Shown piece by piece: positions 38,401-49,929 of a stretch of 64,000 bases of DNA. Under the pieces are notes generated by a model. The model was not told the origin of the DNA and did not search any database. It saw nothing but the letters and a program-made list of their open reading frames with translations. This DNA is from Mytilus trossulus (Eukaryota). The stretch spans positions 48,360,001 through 48,424,000 of the forward strand of contig NC_086382.1 of the NCBI RefSeq assembly GCF_036588685.1. Direction: 5' to 3'. Position 1 is the first letter of the stretch, and each line of letters opens with the position of its first letter. Made by a program: the position numbers and the translations under genes.

Positions 38401-41400
38401 TAACACGTGGTCCCAAAATAAAGTGCACAGGTGAATTAAATAAAACAATAATAAAATTCGTGTTTTCATGATCCTGCATTTGTAGCTAAAAGAAATGTAA
38501 TTATAAGTATTGAATGCTTCTTTTTGTAACTTTATAGGGTTGTAAAAGCGTTGACCGTGTGCACATTTTTAGAATGAAGCGCTTCCGCGCTTCATACAAA
38601 ATGTACTACGGTCAACGCTTTTACACCCCAATAAATTTACAAAAAGAAGCATTCAATTCTTAAATGGTTATCAACCTGAATCGCTATAAGATCATATATA
38701 AGCTCACCTGTGTCGAGGGGTCGTGTGAGGTTCATGTATTGTCTTGGCGTCCGCAATTACAAAAAGATCTTTTCTGAAATTACTTGACCAAATGTTACCA
38801 AATGATTTTTCAAGAGTGAATCTAGAAAAAACAATATTCATCAACAAACATGACCACTGTCTGTTAAAATGTATTCGAGTATTTAGTTACAGCCGATGCC
38901 ATCGAGTATATAGGCAAACATAATATCTTTGGTTAGCTTGCTTGTGAGCTAAACCGTATCCTCCTTTCGAAGTAGCCTGGTCCTACAGACAGAAAGATGT
39001 GTCATTTGTCGGACTAGTATACTCTTAAAGTAGGGTAGTTTACATAACCTAACAATGACTTTTCTGTTCATCAAGCAATATAACCAAAGATATTCCCTTT
39101 GTCTTCACACTCATTGAAATCGGCTTTAATATTGCAAAAGTTCAAGCAATTAGGGCAAAACTTTCCGAGTAAAAAAAATCAAAATGTCTATCCACCTTGC
39201 ACATTTCAGAACATTCAGATCAGATAACGAAACTGGGTCCAGCAAAAATTTATAAGCAATTTAAGATTTTGACCCTCACAGTTTCCATTCACCTTCCATT
39301 CATGATAATTAAATTGAACTGTAAAACATTTCTTGGTACCTTCTTAATTCCTTTATAAGTCTCATGTAAACATAATTATGACAATAACTGTTATGAGCAC
39401 AAGATTCACTGCACACTTTTAAAGTTCTGCTTCATCAAACATTAAAATGTGAACTTAAGTTTTGACACGATTGAGATTTTTGTATATGTGAACATGGTTT
39501 ATCTACTAGTTGAAAATGTGGCTTTGAACTAGCGTTCAGTACCTGCGAGCATTGATTTTGTTGTTCAATAATGTGTGTCTTTGTGTAATTATTTAATGTG
39601 ATATATTGTTGTTTTGGTACACCACTGTAACAATGAAGGAGGAAATGAGGAGGGTTGGTTGGGTGGAAGTGGGGAGGGGTATGCGGAGCGCTGACAAACA
39701 TGTCTATGCGGCATGGGCTTTGATTATTGTTGAGGCATCAATGTAAGGGGCATTTAATATCTTAATAAAACTATTCTTATTTTATATACTATATATTGTT
39801 CTCTGATATTGGACGAAAGATGTTGCCCTTTTATGTAATTATGTTATACAAGTTACGATCATTTGAAAACACATATTAAACAGCCAAATGGATGCACAAG
39901 AGCTAAATAGGAGTAATAGATCCTATTGACAACAATTATCTGCCCAATTTTATTGATTTTGTAACATTTGTTTCAAATATGACCAACTTCTAATCCAAAA
40001 TCACCAGCACCGTATCAGGACCCACCAGCACAATGACAGGACCCACCAGCACAGTATCAGGACATGAGAAAATTGAGAAAATGCTATTTTTTTATAAATT
40101 GCAATGTTTTTTTTACAAAATAGTTTTGTCGTGTGGATTGCGGTATAGAAAGCGGACTCTATGAGCATTTTTGTTTTATTTTTTCAGTTCAAGATTTTCT
40201 GAAAATGAGCATTTTTGTGTTACGCTTACTGAAACAGTTTAGAGGGTCAACTTTTCAATGGTTTCTATATGAACCCATAAGAAATAAAATTGAAAAATCT
40301 CAACTGTTTTCTTTCATTTTTTATTAGTGAAAACGTCAAAAATCATCATTTTCGTCTTTGTTTACATTTTTTCATTGATCACCAGCACCCGTCAGGACCG
40401 AATCACCAGCACAGTACGTTATCTCGCAGGACAACCATACCCACCGTGAGTCTGCAAAGCATGCACAACAAAGAAAACTAAACTTTATCAAAACAAACCT
40501 CACCATCAATCGGGGATGATATAAGACGCCCCGGATGGTTAACTATACTTTATCTACACGTATCATTCGTCGAGTAGATCATGCAAATACAAGAGATATT
40601 AATGATACCAAAGGTACACGGCAGTCAACTAATATAACATTGATTGCGTCCGTAAAATTTTGTGAGGAATTATTGCAATTTCACCACTTTGGACTCTTGC
40701 TTAAATATCATTGTAAGCAGCAAACCTCCATGGTAGAGAGTGCAGTCTCTTAAATATCAACTCGGAGATACAGACTCCATGTGCAAGCGCTGCCGGAATG
40801 TTGATATACAGAAATATAAAGCTCACTGTTGGGAAGCTTAAATGACCTATCGTGTCATGAAGCTTATTTCTCAACCGACTCTCATTAGCAACCCTTAAAT
40901 CTAAAATAATGAGATATGGTATGAAGAGTTCTGATGTGGTAGCAACCTCATTTGAATAAAAGAACAACTCGTTAAGAAGAGAATACAGTTCAGTACTATG
41001 GGAATTCCGATGTTTTTAAGTGTTTCGAACCTTACAACTGTGTTGTCAATACTGAAAACAAACGATAATCTTGATAGTATTGATTCAGATAGTTTTTTTG
41101 TTTAAAAAAAGGTTATGTTTTACAAAGTACGATTGATCCTTTTCTAAAATAATATACCTTTATCTACGTTTGCCATTCTTTTTAATGTCACGTGCATAAG
41201 ATCAATTTCTATCAGACACTGATCAATTTATCATTTCAAAGGCTGAAATGACAAACCTCCTTTTACTGTAATTAATTTGTCTTAAAATTGATACTAATAT
41301 TCATTTTGTACATCACAATGACTCAATTTGTACTGAAGTTTTCACAGGTATTCACCTCTGTTAGAAGCATGTATCATAACGTGTTCGCTCACCTTATTTT

Positions 41401-44400
41401 ATTCCATACAATTTACTCACCACAACAATCAGGTCTGTTCATTATTTCAATCCGTTTAATGTTATATACCAGCCCCAGATCTACCCACCAATATGGTAGA
41501 TATTCAAAGCTGGTACTAGAGAAAGTAGCTGGGTTTCCATCAATTGCATAGTCTGTAGAGCAACATGTATTGTTTCTCCAGGAAGTTGTGTTACTCCAGA
41601 GGGAACTTTGATTACTTCCTTTTAGTAGTGCAACGTTTGAAATACCATCATCTTGTCCTTGCAAGTCTATGAAATAAAAGGATACTAGTCTTTGCATCTA
41701 AATAAAATATTATTTTCATGATTCATCAAACCATGAATGTATCAAAGTTATTTTACCGGGAAATCTAAATTCCCTGGTTTCTTTCACTGGATATATGTTT
41801 TCACCAATTTCATCAATGGTACAAAGAAATTTCTGTAATTAATTTTATGAAACACCTAATGATGTTATTTCTGTCCTTCATCTTTATGGTTTTACTCTGC
41901 TCAATAAACATGTGAATGTTATATCCGAATCTTCACGTAGGCTTCTATAAGAAATAATACTTTGCAAAAAGTCTTTCAAGGAAAGCATGTATTCCCTATT
42001 CATTTAACAAATCCTCATTTCCAGTAATATTTCAAAGGAGTAAGTGTTGTGAGGGCCTTAATTGGCTATTATTTCAAATCTTTTATTTGAGAGTGAAAAC
42101 ATTTTACTTTTTAATAAAATTTGATCTGTGAAGATGCATTACTCTTTGATAAACCCAAAACAGTGTATAAATAGGCCAAAAACTGCCAAAGTGTTGTTCA
42201 AGCCTGCTGCTTAGGGTGTGCCTCTTTCTAGAGTACACTGTCTAGCTATACAACTAAGTCTGATTTTTTTAAGTTTCAGTGTTATGATGACGCTAATGAC
42301 GACGTGACGAAGAAGACAATGTGATAAGAGACGTTCCCCCTAGAAAAAAAACCAACAAACATCTTACTCTTTGTGAAGAGACGAGAAATTTATGTCTGGT
42401 TAAAATAGTTACCTAGTTATCAAAGGTGACAGGATCATAATTTAATGCCCAAAGAAAGGTACCAGGATTATTATTAAATACGCAAGACGTGCGTTTCGTC
42501 TTCATAAGACTTATTAGTGACAATCATATCAAAAAAGTTAAAAAGGCAAACAAGTAAATGTTGAGGAGCATTAAGGAACCAAAATTCCAAAAAGATGTGC
42601 CAAATACGGATAAGGTAATCTACTCCTGGGATAAGAAAATCCTTAGTTTTTCGAAAAATTCAAAGTTTTGTCACCTGTTAATTTATAAAAATGACCACAT
42701 AATTGATATTCATGTCAACCGAATTGCTGAAAAGTGTGCCCCACCAATACATGAGAGGTTGTTAATGAATATATCTGATTGAAAAATTGAATTAAAGATG
42801 GCCAAATTATTTATATTCATGTCAAAACCAACGTGTTGACTATATGGCTGGTTATACCCTCGGGGACGAAACGTCTACCAGCAGTGGTATCAACCCAGTG
42901 GTGTAAATAGTTATCAAAGGTACCGGGATTAAAGTGATATGACAATAACCTTTTGTGGGCGTCAAATAATTATTTATTTCAAATAAATTGTAAAGTTTTA
43001 TTATTGATGAATTGAAATTTTGACATCTTGCTCATTATTCAATATTTTATGAGATATAGATACAATGGATAAGCGTTGATTCTTAAATAGTTATCTCACT
43101 CGGACTTGGTGTGTCAGTGTAAGATCACCCCGATGGGCGGAGGCTAACTAGGGATAACTATTTTACATCCCAGCTGTTTTAGATTAGACGATAAAACATT
43201 TACAATTCATAAAATGTCGTTTAGAACGCCACACAACCATTATTTTATACTTTATATATTACTTTATGATTTATACCCTTTATGACCCTCGAACACGATA
43301 AGAAGATGTCAAACAATGCCACCTCGCCCCACTGGTTGTTCTGGTGTAGTGGTATGTGTCGTTCCCAAGGATTCAAACTCAAGACCTTAAATACATGCTT
43401 GAATTCGAACTCAAGACCTTAAATACATGCTTGGATTCGAACTCAAGACCTTTAGCATATCAAGGCACGACACATACCACTACACCAGGACGACTCGATA
43501 CGAGTAATTTAACATACGTAAAGGAAGCAACATGTATTTATTAGTGGGGCGAGTTGTCAGACCTATATTCAGTGGGGGTTACACCCTTTTCATTTATAAG
43601 TAAGTTGTCAGACTGAGTATTTAATTTTATTATACAATTTTTCAAAAGTGGGGCGAGTTGGTAAAAAGAGTGGGTCAATTTTTTTGAAATAAAGTGGCGA
43701 TCAAGTATGGGCCGATTGTCCAGTGGGGCGACTTTCCATTGTTTATTTCTACTCATCGTGTTCGGGGTTATACAGGGTATACATTTACATTTATAGTAAT
43801 ATATAAACATATTACGTGGAATGTACCTTGTATGACCACCTCTTGCATTTATGACCGCCTGACACCTCCACCGCATGGAATCAATAAGACATCGAATAAA
43901 ATCTTGAGGTATGTTGTTCCATTCCCTGAAAAGTGCTGTTCGGAGCTGGGCTAGCGTTTCCGTTGTATTTTGGCTATTTCTAATTCGTCGTCCAAGTTCA
44001 TCCCGAAAATGTTTAATTGTTGATTTAATCTGGAGACATTGCTGGCCAAGGCAATACACGAATATGGTTATTCACCAAAAATGTCATCGAAATGTGTGTC
44101 ACGTGACAACGGGCGTTGTCTTGCTGAAAAAAGTGGTAAAAACGATGTCTTTGGAGAAACGGAAATCAAAGACATATGAAAATCTAAAATATGACCTTGA
44201 ACTTTGACCTTGACCTATTTTTCTAAGTTTGGACCCAGGGGACTCAAATAAAAACATTCCAGGGTTATACGGTTAACAACTAAAGCCAGAATTTCGTCCC
44301 TATACCTTGTTGCATTTAGGTGTACCAACGATGATTTTGAGTTCGGGGTTTTCCTGGTAGGTAATTCCGCCCCGTTCCATGATTCCGCCACCAACAAACC

Positions 44401-47376
44401 GATCTGTTTCCAGCACGCACGCATCAGAAAATCGTTCATTGCGTCTCCGGAAGACCCTGACCCTGCCGTCACTGAATTTCAAGTTGAATTTAGCCTGTGG
44501 CGCGACTGCGCATGCGTAAGGATAGGTCCCTTCAATGGACGACGAGCTCTTAGACCAACTTGATGTACATATGTAATCTGTTACGAACTGTTTGATCAGA
44601 AATTCTGTTGTTATGTCTTTCGTGGATTTGTCGTACAGCTTGTGACGCGTTTACAAATCGATTTCGAAGATGAATGATGCGGATGTGTTTGTCTTGACCG
44701 TAACGTCGTTTCACGTGGCCTGTCACTACGGGGGCGATCATTTGTTTTGCTAGTATCTCTAAGACGAGTCTTAAGCCTAACAATAGTCATTCGAGAGACA
44801 TTAAAATGATTTGCACTTGCCAACATCCCAATAGCTCGTTCTCTCTCATTTAGGCGTAGACGGGGCATTGTTTTACGTGTAACTTTTCAATTTTTCAATG
44901 CCACCTTTTGTTCACAATCGTGTTCGTGTTCGACACACTTTAAATGACAAAAAGGACAACTCGATTCCAACTTTATACGGGCAAATATTTGAAAAAAAGG
45001 TTATTTGTTTGAAATCAGAAAAATTACGTCATGTCATTTCCGATATTTATATAAATGAGTAAATTTGATAGATAACTTATTCAGGTTACTAGTTTTAATC
45101 ATGAAAATATTTGAAATTAATATATTTTCAAATTAAAAACCAATGTAACGTTCATTTTTTTTGCCTAGTATATAATGGTTGTGTGGTGTTCTAAACTAGA
45201 TTTTATGAATTGTAAATGGGTTTTCGTCTAATCTTAAATAGCGGGGATGTAAAATAGTTATCACATTTGGACTTGGTGTGTCAGTGTTAAATCACCCTCT
45301 GGAATCTGGCCATCGGGTGATCTTACACTGACACACCGCGTCCTTGTTGGATAACTATTACAGAATCCTTGGTAAATGAATAGGCTGACGTCACCACAAT
45401 GGTTTATTACATTTTCCTTCTGTTTTGAATAATATTGTAAAGAAATACTAGTATCGATTCTCTGAAATGGAACTTGATTTCCCTTAACGTGTGTGATGAC
45501 GTTTTTTTTAATTGTATTGATAATACTTTGTAGTAACTATTGTCCGTTTTAATAATTTAGGTACTAGTATTTATCTACATTGGAACTGGTAGGGTGGGGT
45601 GCCATATCTTTCCATGTTTTCTTCAGTTTATATTCAGGTCTTGATGTTTTTGAAGTATACTGATATTTCTATATGAAGATAACTTCAAATGCAAAATATT
45701 CTTAGCTTGAAAACGTGTTTGTTTTGAGTAAAATCATTTGAAAAGTTGGATTAAATTTAAAATTATTTTTTTGTCAACGGGGGACACATATTCGCCGTTT
45801 TTACATATCTATTTAAAACCAAATAACTGCAGCTTTAAACAATATTTATCAAATAAATTTCATTATAGACGAATAGCAGACATTTGCAAGGTGTAAAAAA
45901 ACTAAAATTTAGGGCAATCAGTCAAAGAATTACTAAGAAATGCTTTTTTGAAATCGTTTTTTCATTCATGAAATTGGCCGAAAATCGTTGTCCATTTTTC
46001 GGTCCTTTGCCGTAAGTGCCGAAATTTAGTCTCATTTTCAAAAATAATCATATTTGTTATAAAAATATAATTTAACGGCATATTTCTCCCATTTATGATT
46101 TCAACCATCCTTTGAAGTTTTTACACCTCAAAATCATAAAACGGCGAAATTGTGTCCACGGCGAATATGAGCCCCCCACTCTAAATGGTAATTTAAATCG
46201 GTAAATTGGTTTACCTAAGAATAAATACGGCGGATAATACAGATAATACTTCAGCAATATTTTACCAGTAGCAAGTAACACATGCCAACGCCGAGCTATT
46301 TCAATATAATAGATATAAGAATATGTGGTATGAGTGCCAATGAGACAACGCTCCATCCGAGTTCAATTTTTAAAAGTAAACCGTTATAGGCCAAGGTATG
46401 CCGTCAACACGCAGCCTTGTCTGACACCGAACAGCAAGTTATAAAGAGCCCCAAAATTACTAGTGTAAACAATTTTAAATGGGAAAATAAATGGTATAAT
46501 CTATATAAAAATTAAAAACGAGAAACACGTATGAAGCACATAAAGTATAGATAGAATATACCAGACCAAGCAGTACGAGGAGACTATGTCCATAAAATGT
46601 GGATATATTAATTATTTTACAAATGAAACTTAAAAAATACTTTACAACGAATCTTTTGATATTGAGTTTTACCATTTGCCGATTTCGAAATTTCCAACTA
46701 GTAAACTATCAAGTATACTTTTCTACTATCTAGTTTCTTTAATTCAAGATAGAAAGTTGATGATATATATTTTTTTAGACTAGAATACTGTTAAGTTATA
46801 TAATATTTATATGTACTGTGGAATGCATATCAAAGTAACTATAAGTTAATTTCCTTTTAAAAAGTTTATTATTTTTACAAACATCGATACGGTAGGTTTC
46901 TATCAGAAAACCTGTACTCCAATCTATCCTTTTATATGAAAGTCATTACCTTACCAGATGATACAACCTTTCCAGGGTGTATACAGATTACCAGGTTACC
47001 ACGATATCAGAGTCAGACGCTACCAAAGAAGGGTAACCAGTTCTAACTTTTAGTTCTTATATACTCGTACAATCTAACAAAACATATTTTCATAACAACA
47101 CACTAAGGGATAAACAAGAGTTTAACACTAAGACCTAACCGCTCGGTTTTCGTTACATCATGTTTTGTGTAATTTATTTTGATTAATTATACCCCATTAA
47201 CTTTGTCTAGCGCTCTACATTTGGAGAAAATAGTTAAAATTTTCAAATTGACCTTTGAGAGTGAAACTTTATTTGTACCTCATCGTGTTTAACTTAAATA
47301 CAAAAAATCAGCCCAATATCTAAAGACGTTTAGAAAAAAAATTCGTATAACAATGATTTTGTGTGGACGGCAACTA

Positions 47377-47434
<58 letters not shown>

Positions 47435-47733
47435 TAATGTATACTTACCAATTGTATAACATTTAGCAGAGGTTTTAGTTGTGACTGTATAACTGTTCAA
47501 TCCTGAAGTATCCATAATACATTCGGTAGTATTTTATTATATGCGACAACTCTGCAAAAATCTTTCTTAATGCATTCGTCGAGACACTGTATCAAAGATA
47601 TCTTCTTTATAGAGAGCAAATTTATCGAAGTCAATGCACAGTCGCCAACAGTTTCAAAGTTTGCGAAGTGCAATAAACACTCCGACATATACAAGTTGAA
47701 AACAAATAGATGAATACTTTCAAGATACTTCAT
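32404..47733 (-). CDS. Putative secreted PAN/apple + F-type lectin (fucolectin) domain protein; exons 47733-47449, 41666-41421, 32603-32404; 1-nt frameshift in exon 1
   Basis: FTLD motifs NVALLKGSNQSS, AIDGN, PYWWVDLG, NRPDCCG|ERL, GQYVKV and LQLAEVMV, joined by phase-1 GT-AG introns. Exon 1 has a hydrophobic leader and C..EC...FC..V.YN..T.EC once one A is restored near 47532-47535. Confidence 0.75.
34480..34660 (-). pseudogene. Penelope-like element reverse transcriptase fragment
   Basis: REDFNFPI motif followed by a degenerate SNI..AYG..SQL-like region. Confidence 0.45.
34930..35322 (+). mobile_element. SINE-like interspersed repeat, 5'-truncated
   Basis: Matches 37735-38160 along its length and ends in gccactggacgttaagcaa; tail-only copies occur reversed at ~3873-3948 and ~22307-22360. 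Confidence 0.7.
37735..38160 (+). mobile_element. SINE-like repeat with (CAAT)n tail, nested in the 4.8-kb element
   Basis: Paralog of 34930-35322; ends gccactggacgttaagcaaccaacaatcaatcaatcaat. Confidence 0.7.
38288..38662. mobile_element. Short IR plus long terminal hairpin element (Crypton-like architecture)
   Basis: 11-bp IR at 38288-38298 and 38494-38504, followed by a ~160-bp palindrome at 38504-38662. Confidence 0.55.
40640..40960 (-). pseudogene. Penelope-like element reverse transcriptase fragment
   Basis: RLRNKLHDTIGHLSFPTVSFIFLYINIPAALAHGVCISELI resembles the PLE RT C-terminal motif KLYDKRDDFNFPIVNFPFLxSNIPAAPAYGVYISQLI. Confidence 0.65.
42455..42930 (-). mobile_element. Degenerate monomer of a second retrozyme-like family
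   Basis: aaaggtacc.ggatt occurs at both ends. It has a decayed hammerhead at 42479-42521 (core CTAATAA instead of CTGATGA) and shares the gctggt.ataccctcggggac..accagcag..cccagtgg box with the 31-kb array. Confidence 0.65.
43820..45170 (-). mobile_element. Degenerate Tc1/mariner transposon; transposase pseudogene 44868-~43820
   Basis: MPRLRLNERERAIGML..HFNVSRMTIVRL..DRPRS.RPRETT (HTH), FSDGRVRVFRRRNERF, LNATRYRDEIL, EWNNIPQDFIRCLIDSMRWRCQAVINARGGHTRY. Multiple frameshifts. One TIR-like end flanked by TA near 45170. Confidence 0.85.
47378..47434. repeat. (ATT)n microsatellite next to the lectin exon 1 donor site
   Basis: Uninterrupted TAT/ATT run. Confidence 0.95.
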
Positions 47734-48410
47734 TCTATTTACACTCACAAAAGTCTAATAGATGTTCTATAACAGTGAATAAGTTTCACTGTGTTACAGA
47801 CTATTAAAAAATTTCGTTTAGCGAATCAAATCAATTTTCCTTATTAAATGAAAATATTTTGTAAATGTTTATAATATCAGATTAACAATTGATACCTTTA
47901 ATAATAAAATTATAAATTGGTTTTAAGTCACTTATATTTTATGTATGGTAACGGAAATATGAAACCATTATTTGAGTCTTATATTTTACATGTATGTATA
48001 GAAACGGAATAATGAATCCCTTATTTGAGATAAATACTCACATTTTCCTTTTTGATTTCGTACTAAAAAAAAATTAATCAAATTCAGTTCAAGGAAGTTG
48101 TGTTATAAAAACAATTGATTATTCAATTTTTGAAATTAAAGGACACCGGCCACTTCAAACAATCATTTGTAAAATAAATCGTAATGGGATGTAAACATCG
48201 TTAATTTCGTAGATAAGAGTGTAACACATATCGTATGTCTATAAAAACAGGTTGTATCAGCTTGAAATAATCCTTCTCCGGACATTGCCGATAATTGCCG
48301 ACATTTAATAAGCAACTTCCCGAAGGAGTGCGTGACGTCACTTGTGTTGTTTACATCCGCTAGACCACGAGAATCCTACTATTTCTAACTAAAATTTAAC
48401 AAAGTATACA

Positions 48411-49745
48411 ATGGATTTCGACGGACAGGACAGCGGCGATGAGCCATTTATAACTGCTGTTGATAATATTCAACCGTATCAGTTCGAGCCTGTTGTTCAT
48501 ATTGAACAAAACGAAGTGAGCAGTCAAAACCAATCGGACTCCTCTGAGGAAAATTCTGAAGCTGAATCTGACTCCTCTGACCTGCAAGACAGCCGGATGG
48601 ATAACTTGGCATGGTATGATTGATTGTCTAATACTGTCTAACATGATTAAATACTTCACATTACCAAGCCTCCTAGATGTAAACGTTTTCGTTCGTTTTT
48701 TGTTCTTCAACAAAAAAAGGGGGGTTGGCATGTATATCATACACATGTGCCTACAGTACTATACAGTCGCATATTTAACACTTCCTTACCTACATATAGA
48801 GTCAAATAAGACATAGAAACTATAAGTTTTAATTCAAAAAAAATATTCAATTGACACAATAATATTGAATTGATGTTAAAATGCATCATGCTATTCTTTT
48901 CACATTGATGCATTGTAACTTTTTTTTATGAATTACTTGACAGTTTTTTTTTTATAAATTTACATGATAATAGATCTTACTGAGGATTTATTGTAAAATA
49001 GTCAAATCTACATGTACGTTGTACAATAAATTTCCCAGGTGTGACTGTAACCACTGCGCTGCAATGCCCACTGTGGATGAATGCCTCTGTTGCAAGGAAG
49101 TTGGTCCAGTTGCAGAAAAAATGGAAGATGAGGACCTCGATTGTATTACAGATCATGAGGGGTTCACTGGAAACTGTTTAAATAGACATGTCATTGAGGT
49201 CTCTTTGTATGACTTTGTTGAAAGGCAGGGACCAATAGACGACAATGAACCAATTCATGAGTAAGTCCAATTTAATATTGATGATTAAAAATAAATTTAA
49301 CTTCACAACTATCATTTTTTATTTACAATTTTAATCATAAACAATATAAAAAAAAAGTCAAGACCAAGCTGATGATGAATTGCAAAAAGCTTAAGGCTAA
49401 ATAAATAAATCTGAGTAAACATACAAAATATACATGTATCATCATGAAAATATGAACTCTCATCTTGATCACTTTTTTAAGCATACTGATATATCAGTTA
49501 AAATAATATCCTTGTTCAAGCTTTGAGTATCACTGTATCACTTTGTAAAAAGAATATGAATAATTTGTTTAATATGCTATTTTTTCAGATTATATAGATA
49601 TGTTGCTTACAGACGGTTCACTCGTTGGATCTGGCATATACTTGGCAAAAAAAGAAGAAAGGTGATACCAGCATGTGCAGTATTAAAAATTAGGGAGGCA
49701 TTCCCGTCTGAGGACTTTACTGGATTCAAATATGCCAGGCCATGA
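48411..49745 (+). CDS. Kolobok second protein (KolX-like), P2X7 ballast-like Cys-rich domain, 193 aa; exons 48411-48613, 49039-49260, 49589-49745
   Basis: Spliced product: acidic leader with IQPYQFEP, then WCDCNHC..ECLCCKE..CITDHEGF..CLNRHVI..LYRYVAYRRFTRWIW..LGKKRRKVIPACAVLKIREAFPSEDFTGFK. Both introns are GT-AG, phase 2; the 582-nt CDS is open. Confidence 0.88.
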
Positions 49746-49929
49746 TCATTTGAAAAAAAATCATTGTGGTTAAAATCTTGGTAAATTTCATGTTTCCACA
49801 AACAGAGCTTTGAAAGATAAAAACACTCGACTACATGATGTAAATTGTGGTAAATACAATTCAAATGGTGAAGAGTTATATGGAACAAAGATCGCAAAAC
49901 ATATTTAAACAAATGTACGAGAAATGATG

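Larger units (their letters stand above)
35605..40450. mobile_element. 4.8-kb non-coding TIR element (CACTA/EnSpm-like) in intron 2 of the lectin gene
   Basis: 71-bp TIRs (35605-35675 and 40380-40450) with one mismatch, CTCACGG termini, and subterminal gtgctggtgggtcctga-type repeats at both ends; TSD not evident. Confidence 0.75.

Noticed and set aside
43430-43490. Functional tRNA gene
   Set aside because: A- and B-box-like motifs are present but I could not build a full cloverleaf; the B-box segment is triplicated, consistent with a SINE head relic.
48411-49745. A true P2X7 receptor gene
   Set aside because: There are no transmembrane or ectodomain exons; the gene starts at its own ATG inside the TIRs.
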